DNA from: an archaeon GW2011_AR10
GTDB lineage: Archaea > Iainarchaeota > Iainarchaeia > Iainarchaeales > GW2011-AR10
Reading direction: 5' to 3'
Assembly (NCBI GenBank): GCA_000830275.1
Contig: CP010424.1
Coordinates: 330,001-362,000 of the forward strand
DNA length: 32,000 nt
Under the pieces are notes generated by a model that was not told the DNA's origin, made no database searches, and saw only the letters and a program-made list of their open reading frames with translations. Below, in pieces: positions 23,770-32,000 of the stretch. The position numbers were made by a program, and so were the translations under genes. How positions within the stretch are numbered: position 1 is the first letter of the stretch; the number at the start of each line of letters is the position of its first letter.

Positions 23770-24789
23770 ATGATAAAGGAGTCAATTGCAAAAGTTGTTG
23801 AAGGAAATGATTTGAGCAGAGCAGAGGCACGGCAGGCGTTTGACGAAATAATGCAGGGAAAGGCAAGCGATGCGTTAATTGCTTCTTTCATTACCGCGCT
23901 TAGGATGAAGGGAGAAACCGCTGATGAAATAATCGGTGCAGCTGAATCCATGAGAAGCGTTGCTGCAAGAGTTGAACCAAAAGTAAGTGGGAAAATTCTT
24001 GACGTGGTTGGAACAGGCGGTGACAAGAAAAGTTCTATGAATGTTTCAACTGCTTCAGCGTTTGTAGCGGCAGGTGCAGGCTGCATTGTTGCAAAGCACG
24101 GAAACAGGAGTGTTTCAAGCAGGTGTGGTGCAGCAGATGTCCTTGAGAAACTCGGCGTAAAAATTGGGTTGAACAATGAGCAGAACTCGAGAATAATTGA
24201 AAAAATTGGTGTCGCATTTCTTTTTGCACCAATGCATCACCCTGCAATGAAGTATGCTGTTGGCCCAAGAAAGGAAATTGGCATAAGGACAATTTTCAAT
24301 ATTGTTGGGCCCATAACCAATCCAGCGAATGCTTCAACTTACCTTCTTGGAGTGTATGATGTGGAACTTGCGGAAAAGCTTGCAAGGGTTCTGTCAGGGC
24401 TTAACACTGAGAAAGCATTGGTTGTTCACGGCCTTGACGGATTTGATGAAATCAGCCTTAGCGGTGAAACAAGGGTTTTCGAAGTGTCGAAGGGCACTGT
24501 GAAATCTTATACTGTTAGGCCCGAGGAATTCGGATTGAAGAGGTGCAAGGAGGAAGACCTAAGTGTTTTTGGGGTGGATGAGGCTGCTGAAGCAATTAGG
24601 AGTGTCCTCTCTGGAAAGGATAAAACCCCTAAATCAAGGATTGTTGAATTGAATGCTGGTGCGGCAATATACGCAAACGGAAAAGCTTCCAGCATCGGTG
24701 AAGGAATTAAGATGGCAAAGAACAGCATCGTTTCAGGCAGTGCTTTGAAAAAACTGAACCAACTGATTGAGGAGAGCAACAGGCAATGA
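23770..24789 (+). CDS. trpD: Anthranilate phosphoribosyltransferase
   Basis: LDVVGTGGD...KHGNRSVSS..GAADVLE..., FLFAPMHHPAMK motifs. The ATG immediately follows the trpG stop. Confidence 0.95.
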   Translation: MIKESIAKVVEGNDLSRAEARQAFDEIMQGKASDALIASFITALRMKGETADEIIGAAESMRSVAARVEPKVSGKILDVVGTGGDKKSSMNVSTASAFVAAGAGCIVAKHGNRSVSSRCGAADVLEKLGVKIGLNNEQNSRIIEKIGVAFLFAPMHHPAMKYAVGPRKEIGIRTIFNIVGPITNPANASTYLLGVYDVELAEKLARVLSGLNTEKALVVHGLDGFDEISLSGETRVFEVSKGTVKSYTVRPEEFGLKRCKEEDLSVFGVDEAAEAIRSVLSGKDKTPKSRIVELNAGAAIYANGKASSIGEGIKMAKNSIVSGSALKKLNQLIEESNRQ

Positions 24790-26168
24790 ATTTTCTGGAA
24801 AAAATCGTTAAAGAGAAAAGAAGGGAGGTTGAAAGAGCGAAGATTGAAAGGCCGCTTGGCAGCTTCCGCTCCAAGCTGAGGAAGAGTTCTCTGAGCTTTA
24901 GGAATGCATTGAAGAAAAAGGGCATTGCATTAATTGCTGAAGTTAAGGTTGCTTCCCCTTCCCGTGGAACTATAAGGGAAAACTTTAACTTAAAGGAAAC
25001 TCTGAAGCTTTACAACGACTACGCTGATGCAATATCCATAATAACTGACAGAAAGTTCTTCAAAGGAAGCCTTGATTATTTGAAGGAGGCTTCAGTGCTG
25101 GCGAAAAAGCCACTGCTTAGAAAAGATTTCATTATTGATGAATACCAGCTATTTGAGTCCCGGCTTTTTGGAGCTGATGCGGTTTTGTTTATTGCAAACA
25201 TTCTTTCAGCCGAAAAAATTGACGATTTTATTAAAACTGCAAAAAGCCTTGGCATGGATTGCTTGGTGGAGGCTGACTCATTGCAGGGAATGAAAAAAAT
25301 TCTTGGAACCAAAGCTGAAATAATCGGCATAAACAACCGGAGCTTGAGCTCGTTTAAAATGGATTCTGGCAAAACTGGAAAGCTCGCACGGGTTATTCCA
25401 AGGGGAAAAAGAAAGAAAATTGTGTTGGTGGCTGAATCAGGTTTTTCAACAAGGGAGTCGATTGAAGGCGTGAAGGGAGTTGCTGATTCGGTTTTGATTG
25501 GAACTGCAATCATGGAGTTTCCTTGCATCAGGACCAAATTGCGGGAGCTTAGCGGCAAAACTTTGGTGAAGGTTTGCGGCATAACCAATGAGAAGGATGC
25601 TGTCAATGCAGTAAAGCTTGGGGCGGACTTTGTTGGAATAAACTTTTACAGGAAAAGCCCAAGATATGTTAATCCATTTGATGCATCTAAACTGGTTAAA
25701 AAGTTAAATGGAAAGGCAGTTGTTGTCGGGGTGTTTGTGAATGAAGCGCCTAAAAATGTAAAAGATGTTGCAAGAAAATGTGGCCTTGACATGCTCCAGT
25801 TCTCAGGCAATGAAAGCGAAAAATATGTTAAACAATTTGGTTTCCCTTCTGTTAAGGCATTCCATGTTGAGGGTGCAAAGTCTTTGGAGGAGGCAGCAAA
25901 CAGCAGTGCAGATTTTATTCTTCTTGATTCATTTGTTAGCGGAAAGTTTGGCGGCACCGGAAAAACGTTTAACCACAAGCTCCTTAATGGGACTGATTTT
26001 AAAGGAAAAAGAGTGTTTATTTCTGGCGGAATAACCCCAAAAAATGTTGTGGGTGTGCTTAAAAAATTCAGGCCATTTGCTGTTGATGTTGCATCAGGTG
26101 TGGAAAGCAGGCCTGGAAAGAAGAGTTTTTCAAAAGTGAGGGAACTAATAAGGAAAGTGAGTGCATGA
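24786..26168 (+). CDS. trpCF: Bifunctional indole-3-glycerol-phosphate synthase / phosphoribosylanthranilate isomerase (TrpC-TrpF fusion)
   Basis: The N-terminal half is IGPS-like ([26 protein letters not shown]). The C-terminal half is PRAI-like ([11 protein letters not shown]...[29 protein letters not shown]). ATGA overlap with trpD. Confidence 0.9.
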   Translation: MNFLEKIVKEKRREVERAKIERPLGSFRSKLRKSSLSFRNALKKKGIALIAEVKVASPSRGTIRENFNLKETLKLYNDYADAISIITDRKFFKGSLDYLKEASVLAKKPLLRKDFIIDEYQLFESRLFGADAVLFIANILSAEKIDDFIKTAKSLGMDCLVEADSLQGMKKILGTKAEIIGINNRSLSSFKMDSGKTGKLARVIPRGKRKKIVLVAESGFSTRESIEGVKGVADSVLIGTAIMEFPCIRTKLRELSGKTLVKVCGITNEKDAVNAVKLGADFVGINFYRKSPRYVNPFDASKLVKKLNGKAVVVGVFVNEAPKNVKDVARKCGLDMLQFSGNESEKYVKQFGFPSVKAFHVEGAKSLEEAANSSADFILLDSFVSGKFGGTGKTFNHKLLNGTDFKGKRVFISGGITPKNVVGVLKKFRPFAVDVASGVESRPGKKSFSKVRELIRKVSA

Positions 26169-27349
26169 AGGAAAGGGGTTATTTTGGGGATTTTGGGGGA
26201 ATGTATGTTCCGGAAACTCTTGTTCCTGCGCTGGAGGAACTGGAGAAAGCATTTGTAAAGTACAGAAAGGACAAGCAATTCAGGAAAGAGCTGAATGACC
26301 TTTTGGAGAAATATGCTGGCAGGCCAACACCTGTTACTTTTGCTGAAAACCTCAGTAGAATGGCTGGCTGCAAGATTTACTTTAAGCGGGAGGACCTGGC
26401 GCATACTGGGGCGCACAAGATTAACAACGCATTAGGCCAAGCTTTGCTTGCAAAGCGCATGGGAAAGAAAAGGATTGTAGCTGAAACCGGGGCTGGGCAG
26501 CATGGAACCGCTGTTGCAATTGCCTGCGCGAAACTAGGCATTGAATGCGATGTTTACATGGGTGAGGTTGACATTGAAAGGCAGAAGCCGAATGTCATGC
26601 GCATGGAGCTTGCAGGCGCTAGGGTGATTCCTGTCAGCAGCGGCTCAAAAACACTGAAGGATGCAATTAACGAGTGCTTGCGCGACTGGACAACAAACGT
26701 GCGCACAACTCATTATCTTCTTGGCAGCGTTCTTGGCCCGCACCCTTACCCTTCAATGGTTGCATTCTTTCAGGAGGTCATAGGAAAAGAGGCAAGGAAA
26801 CAGATACTGGAGGAAGCAGGAGAACTGCCTCGGGCTGTTATTGCGTGTGTTGGCGGCGGAAGCAATGCAATAGGGATTTTCAAGGCATTCATGAATGATA
26901 ACGTGGAGCTAATCGGTGTTGAGGCTGGCGGAAAAGGAATTAAATCAGGGAAGCATGCAGCGCGCTTTTCTGACAGGAAAACTGGAAGGGTTGGAGTGCT
27001 TCACGGCACTAAAACATTTGTACTGCAAGACAAATTCGGGCAGATAATGAACACTCATTCGGTTTCAGCAGGGTTGGATTACAGTGCAGTTGGGCCTGAG
27101 CACTCGATGTTAAGGAAAAAAGGCAGGGCTCTTTACACATACGCAACTGACAAAGAGGCTTTGAATTCGTTCAGGCTTGTGTCAAGGGTTGAGGGAATTA
27201 TTCCAGCACTTGAGAGTGCCCATGCAGTTGCGTTTGCTTTAAAATATGCAAGGAAATGCAGCAAGGAAGATGTGTTGTTGATTAACATGAGCGGCCGCGG
27301 TGACAAGGATTTGGAATACATTTCAAGGTTTGCGGGGAAAAAAACATGA
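26165..27349 (+). CDS. trpB: Tryptophan synthase beta chain
   Basis: [43 protein letters not shown] motifs. ATGA overlap with trpCF. Confidence 0.97.
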   Translation: MKERGYFGDFGGMYVPETLVPALEELEKAFVKYRKDKQFRKELNDLLEKYAGRPTPVTFAENLSRMAGCKIYFKREDLAHTGAHKINNALGQALLAKRMGKKRIVAETGAGQHGTAVAIACAKLGIECDVYMGEVDIERQKPNVMRMELAGARVIPVSSGSKTLKDAINECLRDWTTNVRTTHYLLGSVLGPHPYPSMVAFFQEVIGKEARKQILEEAGELPRAVIACVGGGSNAIGIFKAFMNDNVELIGVEAGGKGIKSGKHAARFSDRKTGRVGVLHGTKTFVLQDKFGQIMNTHSVSAGLDYSAVGPEHSMLRKKGRALYTYATDKEALNSFRLVSRVEGIIPALESAHAVAFALKYARKCSKEDVLLINMSGRGDKDLEYISRFAGKKT

Positions 27350-28158
27350 GCAGATATCAGAAAAGGTTTTTGGAAGTCCGGAAAAGAAATGAAATAGCTT
27401 TTGTGCCTTTTGTTGTGCTTGGCGACCCAGACTATGCTGCATCCAAAGAAATAATTAGAGTGCTTGTTGGCAGCGGGGCTGACGTGCTTGAATTGGGTTT
27501 GCCATTCTCTGACCCTATTGCTGACGGCAAAACAATTCAGGCTGCAGACCAGAGGAGCATTAGCTCTGGAATGAACACATTGAAAGCGTTTGAGCTGATA
27601 AAGTTTGCAAGAAGTCTTGACCGAGACATTCCAATCGGCCTGCTTGTTTACTTTAACCTTGTTTTTTCATTGGGCATTGAGGAGTTTTACCGCATGGCAA
27701 AGGCTGCAGGCGTTGACGGCATTCTCATTGCTGACATGCCCATTGAGGAATCAGGGCAAGTGCTTGGGGTAGCTGAAAAGCAAGGCATTGACCAAATTTT
27801 TTTGATTGCCCCTACAACTGACAACAAAAGGGCAAAGGCCATTCTCTCAAAGTCAAGGGGCTTTGCATACCTTGTTTCTTTGACCGGCATAACAGGGGAG
27901 AGGAAAAAGCTTTCGCCTGAAGCGCTTTCATTGGTTAGGAGAGTAAAAAAGTTTTCAAAGCTGCCATTATGCCTTGGCTTTGGTATTTCAAACAGCGAGC
28001 ACGTTAGAATGGTTAAAGCTTCAAAAGCAGATGGAGTGATTGTTGGCAGCGCGATTGTTAAGCTTGTAGAGAAAAACAGCCTTGACAGGCAAAGAATGCT
28101 TTCAGAAATAAGGCGTTTTGTGGGGGAGCTAAAGAATGCAACAAGGAAAAGTGCTTGA
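27346..28158 (+). CDS. trpA: Tryptophan synthase alpha chain
   Basis: [14 protein letters not shown], layout as in TrpA, GFGIS motif. ATGA overlap with trpB. Confidence 0.93.
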   Translation: MSRYQKRFLEVRKRNEIAFVPFVVLGDPDYAASKEIIRVLVGSGADVLELGLPFSDPIADGKTIQAADQRSISSGMNTLKAFELIKFARSLDRDIPIGLLVYFNLVFSLGIEEFYRMAKAAGVDGILIADMPIEESGQVLGVAEKQGIDQIFLIAPTTDNKRAKAILSKSRGFAYLVSLTGITGERKKLSPEALSLVRRVKKFSKLPLCLGFGISNSEHVRMVKASKADGVIVGSAIVKLVEKNSLDRQRMLSEIRRFVGELKNATRKSA

Positions 28159-29407
28159 AATTTTTCCTGTGGAAAATTTGCGTGCGGTGGTTTCTGCGCC
28201 ACCGTCCAAGGCAATAACTTTGAGGTCGCTTTTCATTTCTTCTTTAGCTGGGGGAAAAAGCAAGCTTGAAAATGCTTTGTTTGCTGAAGACCAGCAGTTT
28301 GCTGTCAAGGCCCTGAACTCTGTTGGAGCAAACATTTCCTACAAAAATGGCAGCTATTCTGTTGTGGGAAGCGGCGGACTGCTTAAAGCTCCAAGCAAAA
28401 AAATTTTTGTTGGGAACAGCGGGGTTACGCTGCGTTTCCTTGCTTCTCTTTGCTCACTTGCAGAGGGCAAAACAGTCATTGATGGAAGTGAGGCAATGAG
28501 GAGAAGGCCTGTTGGAGAGCTAGCGGCTGCTCTTAAAAGGCTTGGAGTGAAAATAAGCGTTTCAGGAAACGGTTTTCCCCCAATTGAAGTGGAAGGAAAA
28601 ACATTTAGGGGCGGGACAACCGAACTTGACTTGAGCACAAGCTCCCAGTTTCTGAGCTCAATCCTTTTAAGCGCACCTTATGCTGAAAGTGATGTAAAGG
28701 TAATGGTAAAGGGCATAAAGCGCTCAATGCCCTTCGTTGATTTGACTCTAAATGTCATGAAGCAGTTCGGGGTGACCCCAACTAAGGAAGAAGATGTCTT
28801 TTCAGTTAGTGCAGGGCAGGAGTATAATGCAAGGCGGTTAAGCATTGAAGGGGATTACGCAAATGCATCGTATTTTATGGCTGCAGCAGCTGTTACTGGC
28901 GGAACGGTTATTGTCAAAAACCTGAAAAAGAACTCAGTGCAAGGAGACAAAGTAATTCTTTCTATTTTGGAAAGAATGGGGTGCAATGTTAAGCGTTCAT
29001 CCAGTGAAGTTGAAGTGAGAGGCGCTTCCCTTCAAGGAATTGAAGCTGACCTGAATGACGCACCTGATTTGGTTCCAACAATTGCGGTTGCTGCTGCGTT
29101 TGCGGATGGCAAAACTGTTTTAAGGAATATTTCTCACCTAAAGTTCAAGGAAACAGACCGGCTTAAGGCACTTGAAGCAGAGCTGAGGAAAATCGGGGCA
29201 GATGCAAGGGCTTCCAAGGATTCATTGGAAATAGTTGGAGGCAGAAAACTGATGGGCGCAGAAATTGAAACCTATAATGACCACAGGATTGCCATGGCTT
29301 TTTCTGTTGCAGGGCTTAGGTTGAAAGGAATTAAAATTTTAGGCCCGGGCTGTGTTGCAAAAAGCTTTCCTGCATTTTTCAGTGAATTCAGCAAGTTTGG
29401 TGGTTAA
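28136..29407 (+). CDS. aroA: 3-phosphoshikimate 1-carboxyvinyltransferase (EPSP synthase)
   Basis: PPSKAITLRSLFISSLAGG, GNSGVTLRFL, DHRIAMAF motifs. It overlaps the trpA 3' end by 23 nt, and there is no alternative in-frame ATG. Confidence 0.92.
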   Translation: MQQGKVLEIFPVENLRAVVSAPPSKAITLRSLFISSLAGGKSKLENALFAEDQQFAVKALNSVGANISYKNGSYSVVGSGGLLKAPSKKIFVGNSGVTLRFLASLCSLAEGKTVIDGSEAMRRRPVGELAAALKRLGVKISVSGNGFPPIEVEGKTFRGGTTELDLSTSSQFLSSILLSAPYAESDVKVMVKGIKRSMPFVDLTLNVMKQFGVTPTKEEDVFSVSAGQEYNARRLSIEGDYANASYFMAAAAVTGGTVIVKNLKKNSVQGDKVILSILERMGCNVKRSSSEVEVRGASLQGIEADLNDAPDLVPTIAVAAAFADGKTVLRNISHLKFKETDRLKALEAELRKIGADARASKDSLEIVGGRKLMGAEIETYNDHRIAMAFSVAGLRLKGIKILGPGCVAKSFPAFFSEFSKFGG

Positions 29408-29408
29408 A

Positions 29409-29936
29409 ATGAACGTGGTTTTGATTGGTTACAGGGGCACAGGCAAAACAACTATTGGTAGAAGCCTTGCCCGCAGGCTTGGCCGAAGTTTTTTTGACTC
29501 TGACAACTTAGTGGTTAAAAAAGCCGGCAAAAGCATTCTGGAAATATTTAAAGAGGAAGGGGAAGGAAAGTTCAGGGAAATTGAGGCAGAGGCAATATTG
29601 GAGTTGAGCAGAAAAAATAATGCAATCATATCCTGTGGCGGCGGAGCTGTTTTGAGGCAGGACAACGTGAAAAATCTTAAAAGCAGCGGCATTGTTATAT
29701 TACTGAAGGCTTCTGCTGAAACAATTTTTGAGAGAATTGAAAGCGACAACAACAGGCCAAGGCTTACAGACAAAAGCGGTATTGAGGAAGTAAGGCATTT
29801 GCTTCTGCAGAGAAACCGGTTTTATGATAGTGCAAAAGACTTTGAGGTTGACACTGGCAGGAATTCAGTACAGGAAAGCGTTAAGTCAATAATTGGTTTC
29901 ATCAAGGAGAAAGGTGTTCTAGTTGAAAAAGGTTAG
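29409..29936 (+). CDS. aroK: Shikimate kinase, bacterial AroK/P-loop type
   Basis: VVLIGYRGTGKTTIGRSLARRL...FFDSD...FREIE...SCGGGAV pattern of AroK/AroL. The ATG is 1 nt after the aroA stop. Confidence 0.88.
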   Translation: MNVVLIGYRGTGKTTIGRSLARRLGRSFFDSDNLVVKKAGKSILEIFKEEGEGKFREIEAEAILELSRKNNAIISCGGGAVLRQDNVKNLKSSGIVILLKASAETIFERIESDNNRPRLTDKSGIEEVRHLLLQRNRFYDSAKDFEVDTGRNSVQESVKSIIGFIKEKGVLVEKG

Positions 29937-31026
29937 GGTAAATTTGATGAAACGAGTTGATGACTCGTATGATATTCTTATTGGGCGCGGATTGTTGGAG
30001 GAAATTCCTGCGCGGTTAAAAAAAAGGCCTGTTGGAAACAAGTATGCCATCATTACTGACTCAAACATTAGGAGCTCTTATGGGAAAAAATTCCTTGCTT
30101 TGATGAAGAGAAGCGGTTTAAGGTGCTGTCTTCTTTCTTTCCCGGCTGGAGAAAAGCACAAAACTCTTGCAACAGTTGAATCACTTCAAAACCAGATGCT
30201 TGAAAACGGCATTGACAGGAAATCAGCGGTCATTGCTTTAGGCGGGGGAGTAGTTGGGGATGCGGCTGGTTTTGCTGCCGGAACTTACATGAGGGGCATT
30301 CCGTTCATTCAGGTTCCGACATCACTGCTTGCAATGGTTGACTCAAGCATTGGAGGGAAAGTTGGAGTAAACCTTGCAAAGGGAAAAAACAGTTGTGGAT
30401 TGTTTTCGCAGCCTAAGATGGTTTTCTCGGATGTTTCGCTGCTGAAATCACTGCCTAAGCGGGAGCTGCGCAACGGCTTGGCAGAGGCAATAAAACACGC
30501 AGTAATCGCTGACAAAAATCACTTTTATTTCATTGAACAGAACAAGGAAAAAATAATTGGAGCAGATGCCACAACTTTGACTGAACTTATTAAGAGAAGC
30601 TGCGAGATCAAGGCAGGCATTGTTGAAATTGACGAGCGGGAGCAGAACTTTAGGAAAATTGTAAATTATGGGCACACGGTAGGCCATGCAATTGAAGTCT
30701 TAACAAAATTCAGGGAGTTCTCTCATGGCGAGGCCATTGCAATTGGAATGGCTGCAGAGGGAAGGCTGGCAGTGGATTCCAGGTTTCTAACGGAGAGAGA
30801 GCTGTACAGGCAGAACAAGCTTCTTGAGGATTTCGGGTTCAATATTGGCCTTCCGAAAATCAGGCCTGAAGTGCTTGTTAAGGAAATGCGGAAAGACAAA
30901 AAGGCTGTAAGCGGGAAAATACAGTTTGCTTTGCCTTCAGGGATTGGCAGAATGAAATCCGTTGCCGGCAACTTTGGCTTAAAGCTGAATGAAAAAGATG
31001 TGCTGAAAGTTTTGAGGGCGCTGTAA
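29923..31026 (+). CDS. aroB: 3-dehydroquinate synthase (canonical AroB type)
   Basis: GGGVVGDAAGFAA, VPTSLLAMVDSSIGGK, NYGHTVGHAIE motifs. The TTG at 29923 (AGGTG upstream) is favoured because VRVNL..SYDILIG matches the usual N-terminal strand. ATG 29947 is an alternative. Confidence 0.9.
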   Translation: MKKVRVNLMKRVDDSYDILIGRGLLEEIPARLKKRPVGNKYAIITDSNIRSSYGKKFLALMKRSGLRCCLLSFPAGEKHKTLATVESLQNQMLENGIDRKSAVIALGGGVVGDAAGFAAGTYMRGIPFIQVPTSLLAMVDSSIGGKVGVNLAKGKNSCGLFSQPKMVFSDVSLLKSLPKRELRNGLAEAIKHAVIADKNHFYFIEQNKEKIIGADATTLTELIKRSCEIKAGIVEIDEREQNFRKIVNYGHTVGHAIEVLTKFREFSHGEAIAIGMAAEGRLAVDSRFLTERELYRQNKLLEDFGFNIGLPKIRPEVLVKEMRKDKKAVSGKIQFALPSGIGRMKSVAGNFGLKLNEKDVLKVLRAL

Positions 31027-31027
31027 A

Positions 31028-31720
31028 ATGATATGCATTCCGATAACCGATGAAAGCATGAGGGGGGCTTTGGCAGACATAAGGGAAGCCGGCAAAATAG
31101 CTGATGTACTGGAGCTAAGGCTAGACTATATCAAGGGGCTGAATGAAAAAGCCTTGAAGGAATTAGTTTCTGCATCAGAAAAAAAGGTTATTGCAACTGT
31201 TAGGAGAGAAAATGAAGGCGGAAAGTTTAAGGGCACTGAAAGCAAACGGGTTGAGCTGCTTAAGAAAGCCATTAAAGCCGGTGTCCACTTTGTTGACATT
31301 GAATTCGAAATGAATTCAAAGCAGCGCGCCGCACTGCTAAAGTATGCAAAAACCCAGCACGTCAAGGTTATACTGTCGCACCACGACTTTAAGGGAACGC
31401 CTTTTTTTGAAGAACTACTTGAATTGTTTGAGAAAATGTCGAAAGTCAAAGGGGTTTATGCGTTGAAGATTGCCACTTATGCCAGAACGCATGAGGATAA
31501 TTCCCTTATTTTCAGGCTGCTTAGAGTGGCAAGAAAGAAAAATAGAAGGCTCATTAGTTTCAGTATGGGCGCCCTTGGAAGAGACTCCAGAATTCTTTCA
31601 CTGCCACTTGGGAGTTACCTTACATTCGGCAGCCTTGCATCAGGCAAGGAATCAGCTGAAGGCCAGATTGAAGCAAAGGAACTGAAGAAGATTTACTCTG
31701 GGTTGAAGGTGATGATTTGA
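31028..31720 (+). CDS. aroD: 3-dehydroquinate dehydratase, type I
   Basis: ICIPI...LELRLDY...VDIE...ILSHHDF..TP...KIAT...SFSMG pattern of type I DHQase. Confidence 0.88.
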   Translation: MICIPITDESMRGALADIREAGKIADVLELRLDYIKGLNEKALKELVSASEKKVIATVRRENEGGKFKGTESKRVELLKKAIKAGVHFVDIEFEMNSKQRAALLKYAKTQHVKVILSHHDFKGTPFFEELLELFEKMSKVKGVYALKIATYARTHEDNSLIFRLLRVARKKNRRLISFSMGALGRDSRILSLPLGSYLTFGSLASGKESAEGQIEAKELKKIYSGLKVMI

Positions 31721-32000
31721 TTGACTCAAAAACCAGGCTTTTTTGCCTTATTGGAAATCCTGTTGAGCACTCTCTCAGTCCTGCAATGCACAATGCTGCA
31801 TTCAAGGCAATAGGCATGAATGCGGTTTACCTCGCATTTAGCGTAAGGAATGCAAAGCATGGCTTCAACTCACTGAAAGAATTAGGCTTTTATGGCGGGA
31901 ATGTAACTATGCCATTAAAGCAGAACATTATTGGGCACCTTGACGTGGTTGACCCCACAGCAAAAAAAATTGGCGCAGTAAACACAATTGCACTGAAAAA
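31717..32000 (+). CDS. aroE: Shikimate dehydrogenase, N-terminal part (3' end outside the window)
   Basis: My own translation gives MIDSKTRLFCLIGNPVEHSLSPAMHNAAF...GGNVTMPLKQ...GAVNTIALK. The TTG start at 31717 overlaps the aroD stop, with AGGTGA 5 nt upstream. This ORF is not in the ORF track because it is open at the window end. Confidence 0.85.
   Translation, partial: MIDSKTRLFCLIGNPVEHSLSPAMHNAAFKAIGMNAVYLAFSVRNAKHGFNSLKELGFYGGNVTMPLKQNIIGHLDVVDPTAKKIGAVNTIALK

Overview
The window is an archaeal chromosomal segment. Archaeal markers are TFB, an HMf-type histone, full-length Hef, S8e, L35Ae, Cgi121, TATA/BRE-like promoters and frequent Shine-Dalgarno-led TTG/GTG starts. It is moderately AT-rich and densely coding. 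The left half (1-15.8 kb) carries housekeeping genes on both strands: a VKOR/CcdA-like disulfide pair, an EndoIV-like TIM barrel, ScpB, an Hsp20-like protein, RNase HII, L35Ae, TFB, S8e, Cgi121, Hef, a histone, two KaiC/RecA-like proteins, archaeal Cmk, Fe/Mn-SOD, PanB, Ogt, IlvE and PanE. The right half (15.9 kb to the window end) is one same-strand aromatic amino-acid supraoperon: tal, pheA, split tkt, DAHP synthase, a histidine phosphatase, then trpE-G-D-(CF)-B-A, aroA-K-B-D-E. Most junctions there overlap or are 0-8 nt. The one large gap in that cluster (21072-21584) is the most unusual part of the window. It holds two TATA-like boxes, a roughly 235-nt ORF-less leader built of near-contiguous hairpins with a fourfold repeated G-TAAAC(N)G arm, and a canonical tRNA-Trp(CCA) gene. 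The tRNA ends 21 nt before the trpE start codon, with no promoter or oligo-T between them. I propose leader, tRNA-Trp and the trp/aro genes form one transcription unit and are a candidate undescribed cis-regulatory arrangement; this is inference, not demonstrated. Other non-coding structure includes a decayed tandem array of seven AAACC-initiated units full of 3-nt-loop palindromes (11585-11877). There are also two families of short palindromic intergenic repeats, one of which abuts stop codons in a fixed orientation. I found no CRISPR array, transposase, integrase, rRNA or recognisable defence system.
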